This document shows, one piece after another, positions 8,027 through 16,360 of a DNA stretch of 64,000 bases (position 1 is its first letter; every line of letters begins with the position of its first letter). This stretch comes from an uncultured Gemmatimonadales bacterium (GTDB lineage: Bacteria; Gemmatimonadota; Gemmatimonadetes; Longimicrobiales; RSA9): NCBI GenBank assembly GCA_963708135.1, contig OY970192.1:3680001-3744000 (forward strand), given 5' to 3'. The translations under genes were made by a program, and so were the position numbers. The notes below the pieces were generated by a model. That model was not told the origin of the DNA. It was given only the letters and a program-made list of their open reading frames with translations, and ran no database searches.

Positions 8027-9393
8027 TCGTCGCCGCCGATCCCGAGCTTCTCGAGCTTGTACCAGAGGGTGCGGACGCTCACGCCGAGGATCCGCGCCGC
8101 CTGCGTCTTGTTGTCGCCCGTCGCCTGGAGCGCGGCCAGGATGGCGCTCCGCTCCGCGCGCTCGACGGCCTCGCGTAGCGGGGGTGGCGGGCCGGTCTGC
8201 GCGCCTGCGACGCTCGGCCGTACGGCGCTACCGTCCGCCTCCGGGAGGTCGAAATGACGGAGCATGCCGTTGCGCGCGAGCAGCACGGCACGCTCGACCA
8301 CGTTGTTGAGCTCCCGCACGTTGCCCGGCCAGGTGTACGCCTCGAGCTGGGCGACGGCCTCCGGCGCGAGGCGCACGTCGCGGCCGAGCGAACGGCCGAG
8401 GCGCTCGGCGGCGTGCAGCGCGAGCGGGGCCACGTCCTGGACGCGCTCGCGGAGCGGCGGGACGTGGACGGGGAAGACGTTCAGGCGATAGAACAGGTCG
8501 GCGCGGAATCGGCCCTCCGCCACGAGCGCGGCCAGATCGCGGTGCGTCGCGGCGACAATGCGCACGTCCACGCGCCGCACCACGTTGGAGCCGAGCCGCT
8601 CGAGCGTGCCTTCCTGGAGCACCCGCAGCAGCTTCGGCTGGAGCGAGGGCGGCATGTCCCCGATCTCGTCGAGGAACAGCGTGCCGCCGTCCGCCAGCTC
8701 GAACTTCCCCGCCCGCTCCTGCACCGCGCCGGTGAACGCGCCCCGGCTCACGCCGAACAGCTCCGCCTCCAGCAGCTCGCCGGGGATCGCCGCGCAGTTG
8801 AGGGCGACGAAGAGCGCCTCCGCGCGCGGCGAGCGGGCGTGCACTGCGCGCGCGACCAGCTCCTTGCCCACGCCCGTCTCCCCGGTCACCAGCACGGTCG
8901 TGGGCGCCGGCGCGACGCGGTCCACCGAGGAAAGCACCGTCCGCATGGCCGCGCTGGCGGCCACGATCCCCTCGGGGCCCGGCTGGACCTCGCGCAGATA
9001 GGCGTTCTCCCGCTCCGCCCGCGCCGCGCCGAGCGCGCGCGAGACGAGCGCCTCGATCTCCTCGACCGCGAAGGGCTTCACCACGTAGTCGAAGGCGCCC
9101 AGCTTGATGGCGCGCACGGCGCTCTCGACCGTGCCGTAGGCCGTGATCAGGATGACCGGCAGCTCGGCGCGGGTGCCGCGGATGCGCTCGAGGAGCTCGA
9201 TGCCGGAGCGGTCGGGGAGCTGAAGGTCGGTGAGCACGAGGTCCACCGGCTCCGCCTCGAGGACGCGCTCCGCGTCCGCGGCGGTACCGGCGCACAGCAC
9301 GCGGTAGCCCAGGTCGCTGAGCGAGAGCTCGAGGATCCGGCGGATCCTCGCCTCGTCGTCCACCACGAGGAGCGTGGGAATGCTGGGGCTCAT
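7990..9393 (-). CDS. Sigma54-dependent response regulator (NtrC/AtoC family)
   Basis: Receiver domain, GETGVGKE, GAFTGA, FLDEIG, WPGNVREL, Fis-type HTH. Confidence 0.96.
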   Translation of the reverse strand: MSPSIPTLLVVDDEARIRRILELSLSDLGYRVLCAGTAADAERVLEAEPVDLVLTDLQLPDRSGIELLERIRGTRAELPVILITAYGTVESAVRAIKLGAFDYVVKPFAVEEIEALVSRALGAARAERENAYLREVQPGPEGIVAASAAMRTVLSSVDRVAPAPTTVLVTGETGVGKELVARAVHARSPRAEALFVALNCAAIPGELLEAELFGVSRGAFTGAVQERAGKFELADGGTLFLDEIGDMPPSLQPKLLRVLQEGTLERLGSNVVRRVDVRIVAATHRDLAALVAEGRFRADLFYRLNVFPVHVPPLRERVQDVAPLALHAAERLGRSLGRDVRLAPEAVAQLEAYTWPGNVRELNNVVERAVLLARNGMLRHFDLPEADGSAVRPSVAGAQTGPPPPLREAVERAERSAILAALQATGDNKTQAARILGVSVRTLWYKLEKLGIGGDDQPDAPAEGTTA

Positions 9394-11084
9394 GCGTCTC
9401 TCCCGGACGGAATTCGAACGGTGGCGGTGGTGCCGGCGCCCGGCTCGCTCTCAAGGGCGACCTCGCCGCCGTGGGCCTCGACGATGCGCCGTACGATCGG
9501 CAGCCCGAGGCCGGTCCCTCCGCCGCCCGTGGTGAAGAACGGCGTCCACACCTCGGCCAGCTCCTCGGCCGGGATGCCGCGGCCGTGGTCGCGCACCTCG
9601 AGCACGGCGTACGAGCTTTCTGCGCGCGTGCCGACCTCGACGGGCTGGCCGGGCGCGGAGGCCTTTCGCGCGTTGGCCAGCAGGTTCAGCGTGACCTGGT
9701 AGAGCTGATCGGCGTCGCCCTCGAGGGGCGCCGCCTCGAGGGCGGCCTCGAGTGGCACGCCGGCCGCCTCGTACTCGCCGGCCATGGCGGTCGTGACCTG
9801 GCGGACGACATCGGCCAGATCGAGCGGGATGCGGCGGGGCGGGCGCGGCCGGGCGAAGGCGAGCAGATCGTTCACGAGCCGGCCCAGACGCGAGACCTCG
9901 CCGAGGATGAACGTGGTCAGCTCCTCCTCGCGCGAGCCGCCCGGCGCGGCGCGGGCCAGCATCTCGGCGGAGCCGCGCACGATGGAGAGCGGCGTGCGGA
10001 TCTCATGGGCCAGGGCGGCGGCCATCATGCCCATGGCGGCGAGGCTCTCCTGCCTGGAGAGCTCACGGCGCGAGGCGTCCAGGCGCGCCACCATCGTCTC
10101 GAGCGCGTCCGAGAGCACCCTGACCTCACGCGGGGCGGCGCTGCTCACCCGGTCGAAGTCGGGGCGGATGTCGAGCCGCACGTCGCGGGCGGTGTCGGTG
10201 AGTCGGCGCAGCTCGCGCGTGGTCGAGCGGGCGAAGAGGAGCGAGGCCGGCAGCGTCACGGCGAGGAAGACGAGCGCGAGGGTCAGCAGCTGGCGTCCGG
10301 TGTCGCGGAGCGGGCTCAACGCCTGGGACTCGGGCACCATCATCTCGGCCTGGAGGCGGAGTCCGCCCAGGTCGCGCATCGGGCGGCGGGCGGTGAGCGC
10401 GTGGGGATCCGCCGGCGGGTCCTGGCCGGCGACGATCCGGCCGTCCGCGGCGCGGATGGCCAGCCCGGCGCGGTCGTCGGGCGCCGCCTCCGCGAGCAGC
10501 TCGGACCAGGGGGTGAGGAGCGCGAGCCAGCCGAGCCGCTCGCCGCGCGGGCCGAACACCGGGCTCGCGGCCAGGACGCCGCCCTCGCCCGGGCCGCCGC
10601 GCAGGTAGAGGCGCGCGTCCGCTCCGCTGGTGCGGCGGAGCAGCGGGAGCCAGCCTTCGCCGAGCGTGCTGCGGCCGATCCAGGCGGGGTCGGAGGAGGC
10701 GACGACGCGGCCGCCGGGCTCCACGGCGAGCGCGAGATCGCGGCCGCGGAAGCTGCCGGCGAGCTGGGCGAGCGAGGCGGCCAGCCGCTTGTCAACATCG
10801 TCGACCGCGATGTCCTGCGCGGCGCCGAGGCCGGGCCAGACCTCAACGAGCCGGAGCCGGTCGCCGAGGGCGCGCTCGAGGCGGTCGCCGACGAGGCGGT
10901 CGCGGGCCTCGAGGCGCTGGGCGGCCTCGCGGAGCAGGGCGTCGCGGCCGCGGACGTACTCGATGGCGAGCACGGCCCCGGTGGCGAGGAGCACGAAAAG
11001 GGCGAGAGCGGAGGCCAGACGCCCCGCGAGGGTATCGGGCCAGCGTCTAGCGCGGCGCCGCGGCCGCCGCTCATCATCAGGCAA
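9390..11084 (-). CDS. Sensor histidine kinase (periplasmic domain, HAMP, HisKA, HATPase)
   Basis: Two TMs, LAHEIRTPL, GTGLGL; 4-nt overlap with regulator; start uncertain (TTG 11084). Confidence 0.9.
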   Translation of the reverse strand: MPDDERRPRRRARRWPDTLAGRLASALALFVLLATGAVLAIEYVRGRDALLREAAQRLEARDRLVGDRLERALGDRLRLVEVWPGLGAAQDIAVDDVDKRLAASLAQLAGSFRGRDLALAVEPGGRVVASSDPAWIGRSTLGEGWLPLLRRTSGADARLYLRGGPGEGGVLAASPVFGPRGERLGWLALLTPWSELLAEAAPDDRAGLAIRAADGRIVAGQDPPADPHALTARRPMRDLGGLRLQAEMMVPESQALSPLRDTGRQLLTLALVFLAVTLPASLLFARSTTRELRRLTDTARDVRLDIRPDFDRVSSAAPREVRVLSDALETMVARLDASRRELSRQESLAAMGMMAAALAHEIRTPLSIVRGSAEMLARAAPGGSREEELTTFILGEVSRLGRLVNDLLAFARPRPPRRIPLDLADVVRQVTTAMAGEYEAAGVPLEAALEAAPLEGDADQLYQVTLNLLANARKASAPGQPVEVGTRAESSYAVLEVRDHGRGIPAEELAEVWTPFFTTGGGGTGLGLPIVRRIVEAHGGEVALESEPGAGTTATVRIPSGRDA

Positions 11085-11106
11085 ATCTGAACCCCGGAAC
11101 CTGGGA

Positions 11107-12237
11107 ATGGAAGCGAGAAAACGGCCGCTCCCCGTGCGGTGGAGCAGGGCCATCCCGCTGGCGCTCGCGCTGGGCTGGACGGCGCCGCTTGCGGCGCAGC
11201 TGCCGGCCCCGGCGGTGAGCAGCCCGGATGCCATACACCTCGGCGGCTACGGAAGTGTCGTGCTGGGGCGGAGCCTGGGCGCCGCGCCGACGCCGCGCAC
11301 CGGCATCGATGCGGCCACCGCGGCCGCGCTCATCTCGGGCACGCTCCTGCCCCGCCTCAGCTACTTCGGCGACTTCGAGGCGGCGAGCTTCACGGAGGAG
11401 AACTGGACGGGTCGCCGCGAGGAGCGTCGCACGGAGATCGCGCGCCTGTACGCGGAGTACGCCTTCACCGATGCGTTCCGGCTGCGCCTCGGCCGCTTCC
11501 TCACACCGGTCGGCCAGTGGAACGAGATCTTCGCCGAGCCGCTGACCTGGACGGTGCTGCGTCCGCTCACGACCTACCGCCCGTTCGCGAAGAGCACGAC
11601 CGGCATTCTCGCGGCCGGCAGCGTCCCCGTGGCGGGCCACGACGCTGGCTACGCCGTCTACTTCTCGCCCGTCGGCTGGAGCCGCGAGGAAGGGCAGGAG
11701 ACGGGCTTCGCGCGGGCGCTCGGCGGGCGCGCGGCGGTCGAGCTCTTCCCGGGGCTCGTCGTCGGCGCCAGCGCCGCGGAGTTCCGCGTCTCGCGGCCAT
11801 ACGAGCCCAACGACCCGGAGTACGACCACCGGAACGCGCCTCCGGGCTCCACGCCGCCGGACTCCGTTGACGGGCCGGCGGAGGAGATGCGCGAGGCGGA
11901 AGACGACGCGCGCCGGCTCGTGGGCGGCGACGTCGCCTGGAACCTGGGGCGCGTCGAGCTGCTCTCCGAGGCTGTGGCGCTCTCCGGGACGACGCTGCGG
12001 CCGGCGGAGCACGGCGCCTTCGTGCAGGCCGCGGTGCGCGTGATCGATCCGCTCCACCTGGTGCTGCGCACGGAGGTCTACGACCCGGTGTACCAGTCCA
12101 CCGTGCACGTACAGACCCTCGGCGCGACGCTCCGCCTCCAGCGCCACTGGACGCTCAAGCTGGAGCGTCAGATCACCGACCACGCATCCGAGCGGGTCCG
12201 CGACGGATGGTTCGTCTCGGCATCGGCGCTCTTCTGA
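11107..12237 (+). CDS. Outer-membrane beta-barrel / porin-like protein
   Basis: Signal peptide; RLYAEY, LRLGRFLTPVGQWN; amphipathic strands; C-terminal Phe. Confidence 0.75.
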   Translation: MEARKRPLPVRWSRAIPLALALGWTAPLAAQLPAPAVSSPDAIHLGGYGSVVLGRSLGAAPTPRTGIDAATAAALISGTLLPRLSYFGDFEAASFTEENWTGRREERRTEIARLYAEYAFTDAFRLRLGRFLTPVGQWNEIFAEPLTWTVLRPLTTYRPFAKSTTGILAAGSVPVAGHDAGYAVYFSPVGWSREEGQETGFARALGGRAAVELFPGLVVGASAAEFRVSRPYEPNDPEYDHRNAPPGSTPPDSVDGPAEEMREAEDDARRLVGGDVAWNLGRVELLSEAVALSGTTLRPAEHGAFVQAAVRVIDPLHLVLRTEVYDPVYQSTVHVQTLGATLRLQRHWTLKLERQITDHASERVRDGWFVSASALF

Positions 12238-12668
12238 TCGCCGCGCTCGCCGCCCCGCCCGTCCGCGGGCAGGGCCGCGAGCGCGCGCCGGCACCCCTCG
12301 CGGTGATCGTGCACGAGGACGTCCCCGGCACGACCCTCGACGCCGCCACCGTGCGCCGCATCTTCCTGCGCCGCCAGCGCTTCTGGGAGGACGGCACGCT
12401 CGTGGCGCCCGTAAACCTGCCCGCCACCTCCCCCGTCCGCGACTCCTTCTCCCGCGCCATCCTCGGCCGCGCGCCCCGCGACATGGCCGAGTTCTGGAAC
12501 GACCTCTACTTCCACGGCATCCAGCCGCCGCCCGTGCTCGACAGCGAGCGCGCCGTCCTGCTCTACGTGGCGCGCACCCCCGGCGCGATCGGCTACGTGG
12601 CCGCGGACGCGCTGCCCGACCCGGACGATCGCACCGGATATCGGGTGGCGCTGGTCGTGCGACGGTGA
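12207..12668 (+). CDS. Small periplasmic binding protein (PstS/PBP2-like single domain)
   Basis: Signal peptide; LAVIVH, VRRIFL, VARTPGAIGYV. Confidence 0.8.
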   Translation: MVRLGIGALLIAALAAPPVRGQGRERAPAPLAVIVHEDVPGTTLDAATVRRIFLRRQRFWEDGTLVAPVNLPATSPVRDSFSRAILGRAPRDMAEFWNDLYFHGIQPPPVLDSERAVLLYVARTPGAIGYVAADALPDPDDRTGYRVALVVRR

Positions 12669-12704
12669 GGCCCGCCGGGGCTTTCCCGGCCCTCTCGCCA
12701 CCCC

Positions 12705-12880
12705 GAGTGGGAGAGTGGGAGAGTGGGTGACCGGGCGACGCGCGCGGGAACCTCGGGTCGCCGGGCCAGGCCGACTTCGCGGCGGCGCAGCTTCGCCGGG
12801 CCAGGCCGGCTTCGCGAAGCCTCTCGGGCCGCGGACACTCGGCCGCCGCGAACACCACCCACTCCCCCACTCCGCCACTC
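12705..12880 (+). repeat. GAGTGGGA-ended repeat element, copy 1 (short)
   Basis: Left GAGTGGGAGAGTGGGAGAGTGGGTGACCGGGCGACG; right CCCACTCCCCCACTCCGCCACTC. Confidence 0.8.
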
Positions 12881-12931
12881 AGCTGGAATTCCCCCTCGCC
12901 CTTCCCCGCCCGCGCGCCTAGCTTTCTCGGC

Positions 12932-13768
12932 ATGATCGAGCTCGCCACGCACACGGCCACGCGCTACGTCCAGCCGCTCCGCGAGGGGGGGTCGCTGCCG
13001 GCCGTGGTGGACACGGAGGGCGGCGGGCTGTTCGTTGCCAAGTTCCGGGGCGCGGGCCAGGGGGCGAAGGCGCTCGTGGCGGAGCTGATCGTGGGGTTGG
13101 TGGCGCAGGCGCTCGAGCTGCCGGTGCCGGAGCTCGCGCTGGTCGAGGTGCCGCCGTCGTTCGGGCGGAGCGAGCCGGATCCGGAGATCCAGGACCTGCT
13201 GCGGATGAGCCACGGCACCAACCTCGGGGTGCGCTACCTGGATGGCGCGTTCAACTTCGACGCGCACGCGGCGCTCGAGCTGGTGCCGGCGCGGCTGGCG
13301 GCGGAGACGGTCTGGCTGGACGCGTACCTGACCAACCCGGATCGCACGCACCGGAACCCGAACCTGCTCATCTGGCGGCGGCGGCCATGGCTCATCGACC
13401 ATGGCGCCGCGCTGTACGCGCACCACGACTGGAGCACGGTGGACGAGGCGCGCACGCGGACGCCGTTCCCGCTGATCCGCGAGCACATGCTGCTGACGCA
13501 CGCGGACGACATCGAGGCGGCGGATGCGCGGCTCGCGCCGCTGCTGACGGAGGAGCTGCTCGGGGACGTGCTCGCGGCGGTGCCGGACACGCTGCTGCTG
13601 GATCCGGTCGCCCGCGCCGGCTTCGCATCGGGGGAGGAAGCGCGCGCGCGCTACCACGCCTACCTGCGTTCGCGCCTCGAGGCGCCGCGGGCGTTCCTCG
13701 CGGAAGCGGTTCGCGCGCGCGAGGCCCGCCTCGCGGAGCCGCCGCGCATGCTGAGGGCGCGCCGATGA
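12932..13768 (+). CDS. HipA-like Ser/Thr kinase
   Basis: LREGGSLP, KFRGAGQG, AELI, NPDRTHRNPNLL, LIDHG kinase-like motifs. Confidence 0.85.
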   Translation: MIELATHTATRYVQPLREGGSLPAVVDTEGGGLFVAKFRGAGQGAKALVAELIVGLVAQALELPVPELALVEVPPSFGRSEPDPEIQDLLRMSHGTNLGVRYLDGAFNFDAHAALELVPARLAAETVWLDAYLTNPDRTHRNPNLLIWRRRPWLIDHGAALYAHHDWSTVDEARTRTPFPLIREHMLLTHADDIEAADARLAPLLTEELLGDVLAAVPDTLLLDPVARAGFASGEEARARYHAYLRSRLEAPRAFLAEAVRAREARLAEPPRMLRARR

Positions 13769-14163
13769 GCGCGCCGGGCCGCGTCGCCTACACGTTCGCG
13801 GTGCTGCGGGCCGTGCCGCACGTGTACGCGGGCAGCTTCGTCAACGTGGGGGTCGTGGTGCACGCGCGCACGGCGGAGTACCTGGGGATGCGTGCCCTGA
13901 CGGATCCGGAGGCGCTGCGCGCGCGCGTGCCCGACGCGGACGTGCCGCTGCTCGCGCGCTACCTGCGCTCGTGCGAGGCGGTGTGCGCCGGGGACGCGGC
14001 GGCGGGCCCCGTGGCCCTGCGGCCGTCGTCGGAGCGGTTCCACTGGCTGACCGCGCCGCGCTCGGACGTGCTGCAGGCCTCGCCGGTGCACGAGGGGGTG
14101 TGCGCGGACCCGGCCGTGGCGCTGGGGGAGCTGTTCGAGGAGCTTGTGCTTGTCGGGAGGTGA
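13765..14163 (+). CDS. DUF3037-like protein
   Basis: ATGA overlap with kinase; YTFAVLRAVP, FVNVGVVV, RFHWLTAPRS. Confidence 0.85.
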   Translation: MSAPGRVAYTFAVLRAVPHVYAGSFVNVGVVVHARTAEYLGMRALTDPEALRARVPDADVPLLARYLRSCEAVCAGDAAAGPVALRPSSERFHWLTAPRSDVLQASPVHEGVCADPAVALGELFEELVLVGR

Positions 14164-14259
14164 GAGGATAGTGATGCGGGACGCGGGCAGCGGTACGTGC
14201 CCGGCCCCGCCGCCCGCGAGTCATTCCCGCACCGCGGGCCCGGGAGCCCGCACCCCGTG

Positions 14260-14781
14260 TCACATCCTCCTCGACAGGTGCTCCTGGATGATCTTCCAGT
14301 GGCCGTTCAGGCGGCGGAACACGGCGGTCCAGGCGCCGCGGATCACGTGCGGCTGGCTGTCGGGCGCGATGTGGGGGATCGACCAGGTGCCGGTGAGCGT
14401 GGCGGCGTCGGGGCCCAGGCGCTGGACAAAGACGGAGTCCCACCGCCAGGTGGCGTTCCTCATGTTCTTGCCGACGTAGGTCCAGAAGGTGCGGATCCCC
14501 GCACGCAGCGAGTCCGGCGTCGTGATGAGCTGACCGCCGCTGGCGGAGATGACGCGGCCGCTGTCCGGATAGAGGGAGCTCATCCGTTCCACCACACCGG
14601 GGCGGCTGAAGTCGTAGGCGGCCTGGATGAGGTGCTCCAGCGTGTCGGCCAGGGCGGGATCGGGACCGGCAGGATGGGCCGGTGCGGCGCCGCCGCACCC
14701 TGAGGCCGACGCGGACAGGGCGCCGAGCAGGAGCAGCCGGCGAACTTTCCGGCGTTGCCGGTGGTAGAACGCTGTGCGCAT
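14260..14781 (-). CDS. NTF2/SnoaL-like (DUF4440-type) lipoprotein
   Basis: LLLLGALSASASGC; LGPDAA, WTAVFRRLNGHWKIIQEHLS. Confidence 0.8.
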   Translation of the reverse strand: MRTAFYHRQRRKVRRLLLLGALSASASGCGGAAPAHPAGPDPALADTLEHLIQAAYDFSRPGVVERMSSLYPDSGRVISASGGQLITTPDSLRAGIRTFWTYVGKNMRNATWRWDSVFVQRLGPDAATLTGTWSIPHIAPDSQPHVIRGAWTAVFRRLNGHWKIIQEHLSRRM

Positions 14782-14800
14782 CCCCGAACGGAAGGTCCCC

Positions 14801-15520
14801 ATGCGTACTCCCTCGCTAGTCGTCGCCATCTCGCTGGCCGCTCTCGCGGGTGCCTGCTCGGGCGCCGGATCGGCGCCGCGCGCGAACACGCGCCTGGACC
14901 GTGAGCTCGACCTTGCCATCGACCAGGCCGCACGCCCCGCGCCGGTGGTCTCGCAGCTCGAGCTCGCGGGGGAGGCGAAGGCGAAGACACCGGCCGCCGC
15001 CCCCACCCGCCAGCGCGCATCCGCGGCCAGGCACGCGAAGGTCCGGGCGGTCCGGAAGTCGAATCCGGCGCCCGCACCCGCGAAGCCGGCGCCGGAGAAG
15101 CCGACCGTCGCCGCGGCGCCGCAGCCCCATCCCGCGCCGGTGCCGGTCGCTTCGGCGCCCGCGCCCGCGCCGGATCCCGCGCCCCCCGCCACCTCGGGTC
15201 CCAAGAACGCGCCGCTTCCCGAGCCGATTCATACCGGCCATGGCGGCGGATGGTTTCCCGAGCCGACGGACATGGGCGTCCAACGGCCGGGGATGCCCGG
15301 CGGGGCCGGCATGCCGGGCATGCCGGGCAGCGGCGGGGTGATCATCATCCGCGGCGGCGGCTCGGGCGCCGATCCATGCGACGAGCGCCACCCGCACGCC
15401 CCGGGCGGAATCGGCGGGATGATCCTCCCGCGCCTTCCCGGCCTGCCCGGAGGCATCGGCGGCCGCGGCAGGATCGGCGGGCACGGCGGGATCGGCGGGA
15501 TCTTCCGGGGGCGTCACTAG
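14801..15520 (+). CDS. Pro/Ala/Gly-rich hypothetical lipoprotein
   Basis: Lipobox MRTPSLVVAISLAALAGAC; GVIIIRGG...DPCDERH. Confidence 0.7.
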   Translation: MRTPSLVVAISLAALAGACSGAGSAPRANTRLDRELDLAIDQAARPAPVVSQLELAGEAKAKTPAAAPTRQRASAARHAKVRAVRKSNPAPAPAKPAPEKPTVAAAPQPHPAPVPVASAPAPAPDPAPPATSGPKNAPLPEPIHTGHGGGWFPEPTDMGVQRPGMPGGAGMPGMPGSGGVIIIRGGGSGADPCDERHPHAPGGIGGMILPRLPGLPGGIGGRGRIGGHGGIGGIFRGRH

Positions 15521-15601
15521 GCGGTGACAGACGGAGTCGCGGAGCCGCCGGGTGCGGCTTCAGGGCGGCGGCGGCGCAATGCGCGGAAGGGTGCGGGACT
15601 C

Positions 15602-16354
15602 ATGCTCGGACGGCGGGTCCTGTCGGGTGTGTTGTGGATCGGCATCGCCCTCATCGTCGTGCTCTGGCTGCCGCTCCTCTCGCTGATCTTCCTCTTCACC
15701 GCCCCGTTCGATCCGGGCCGCTACACGGTCGGCCGCTGGTTCCGGCGGGCCGCGGTCACATGCGTGAAGATCAACCCGCTCTGGCAGTTCCGGACCTCGG
15801 GCGTGCGGATCGCGGATCCGCGGCGGCCATACGTGGCCGTCTCCAACCACGAGTCCTTCGCCGACATCTTCCTGATCAGCCACCTGCCGTGGGAGATGAA
15901 GTGGCTGTCGAAGGAGGCCATCTTCCGCATCCCCATCATGGGCTGGATGATGCGGATGGCCGGCGACATCGAGGTCCGCCGCGGTCGGGCGCGCAGCCGC
16001 GCGCAGGCGATGGAAGAGATCCGCGACCGGCTGGAGAAGAAGAAGGTGTCGGTGATGGTGATGCCCGAGGGCACGCGCTCGCCCACGGGGGAGATGCTGC
16101 CGTTCAAGGATGGCGCCTTCCGCATCGCCGTCGAGTGCGGCGTGCCGATCCTGCCGATGGCGCTGGCGGGGACCCGCCACGCCATGGCCAAGCACTCGCT
16201 GCTGTTCAACCGCGCGCGCGCCGAGGTCCGGGTGCTCGAGCCGGTGGAGACGGCCGGGCTGAGCGCGGCCGACGTCCCCGAGCTGCGCGACCGGGTGCGC
16301 GACCGCATCGCCGAGGCCCGCGCCCGCCTCCAGGAAGAGCTCTCCAGCCGCTGA
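15602..16354 (+). CDS. plsC: Lysophospholipid acyltransferase (PlsC family)
   Basis: NHESFAD (HxxxxD), PEGTRS, PFKDGAF. Confidence 0.88.
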   Translation: MLGRRVLSGVLWIGIALIVVLWLPLLSLIFLFTAPFDPGRYTVGRWFRRAAVTCVKINPLWQFRTSGVRIADPRRPYVAVSNHESFADIFLISHLPWEMKWLSKEAIFRIPIMGWMMRMAGDIEVRRGRARSRAQAMEEIRDRLEKKKVSVMVMPEGTRSPTGEMLPFKDGAFRIAVECGVPILPMALAGTRHAMAKHSLLFNRARAEVRVLEPVETAGLSAADVPELRDRVRDRIAEARARLQEELSSR

Positions 16355-16360
16355 GCCGCC

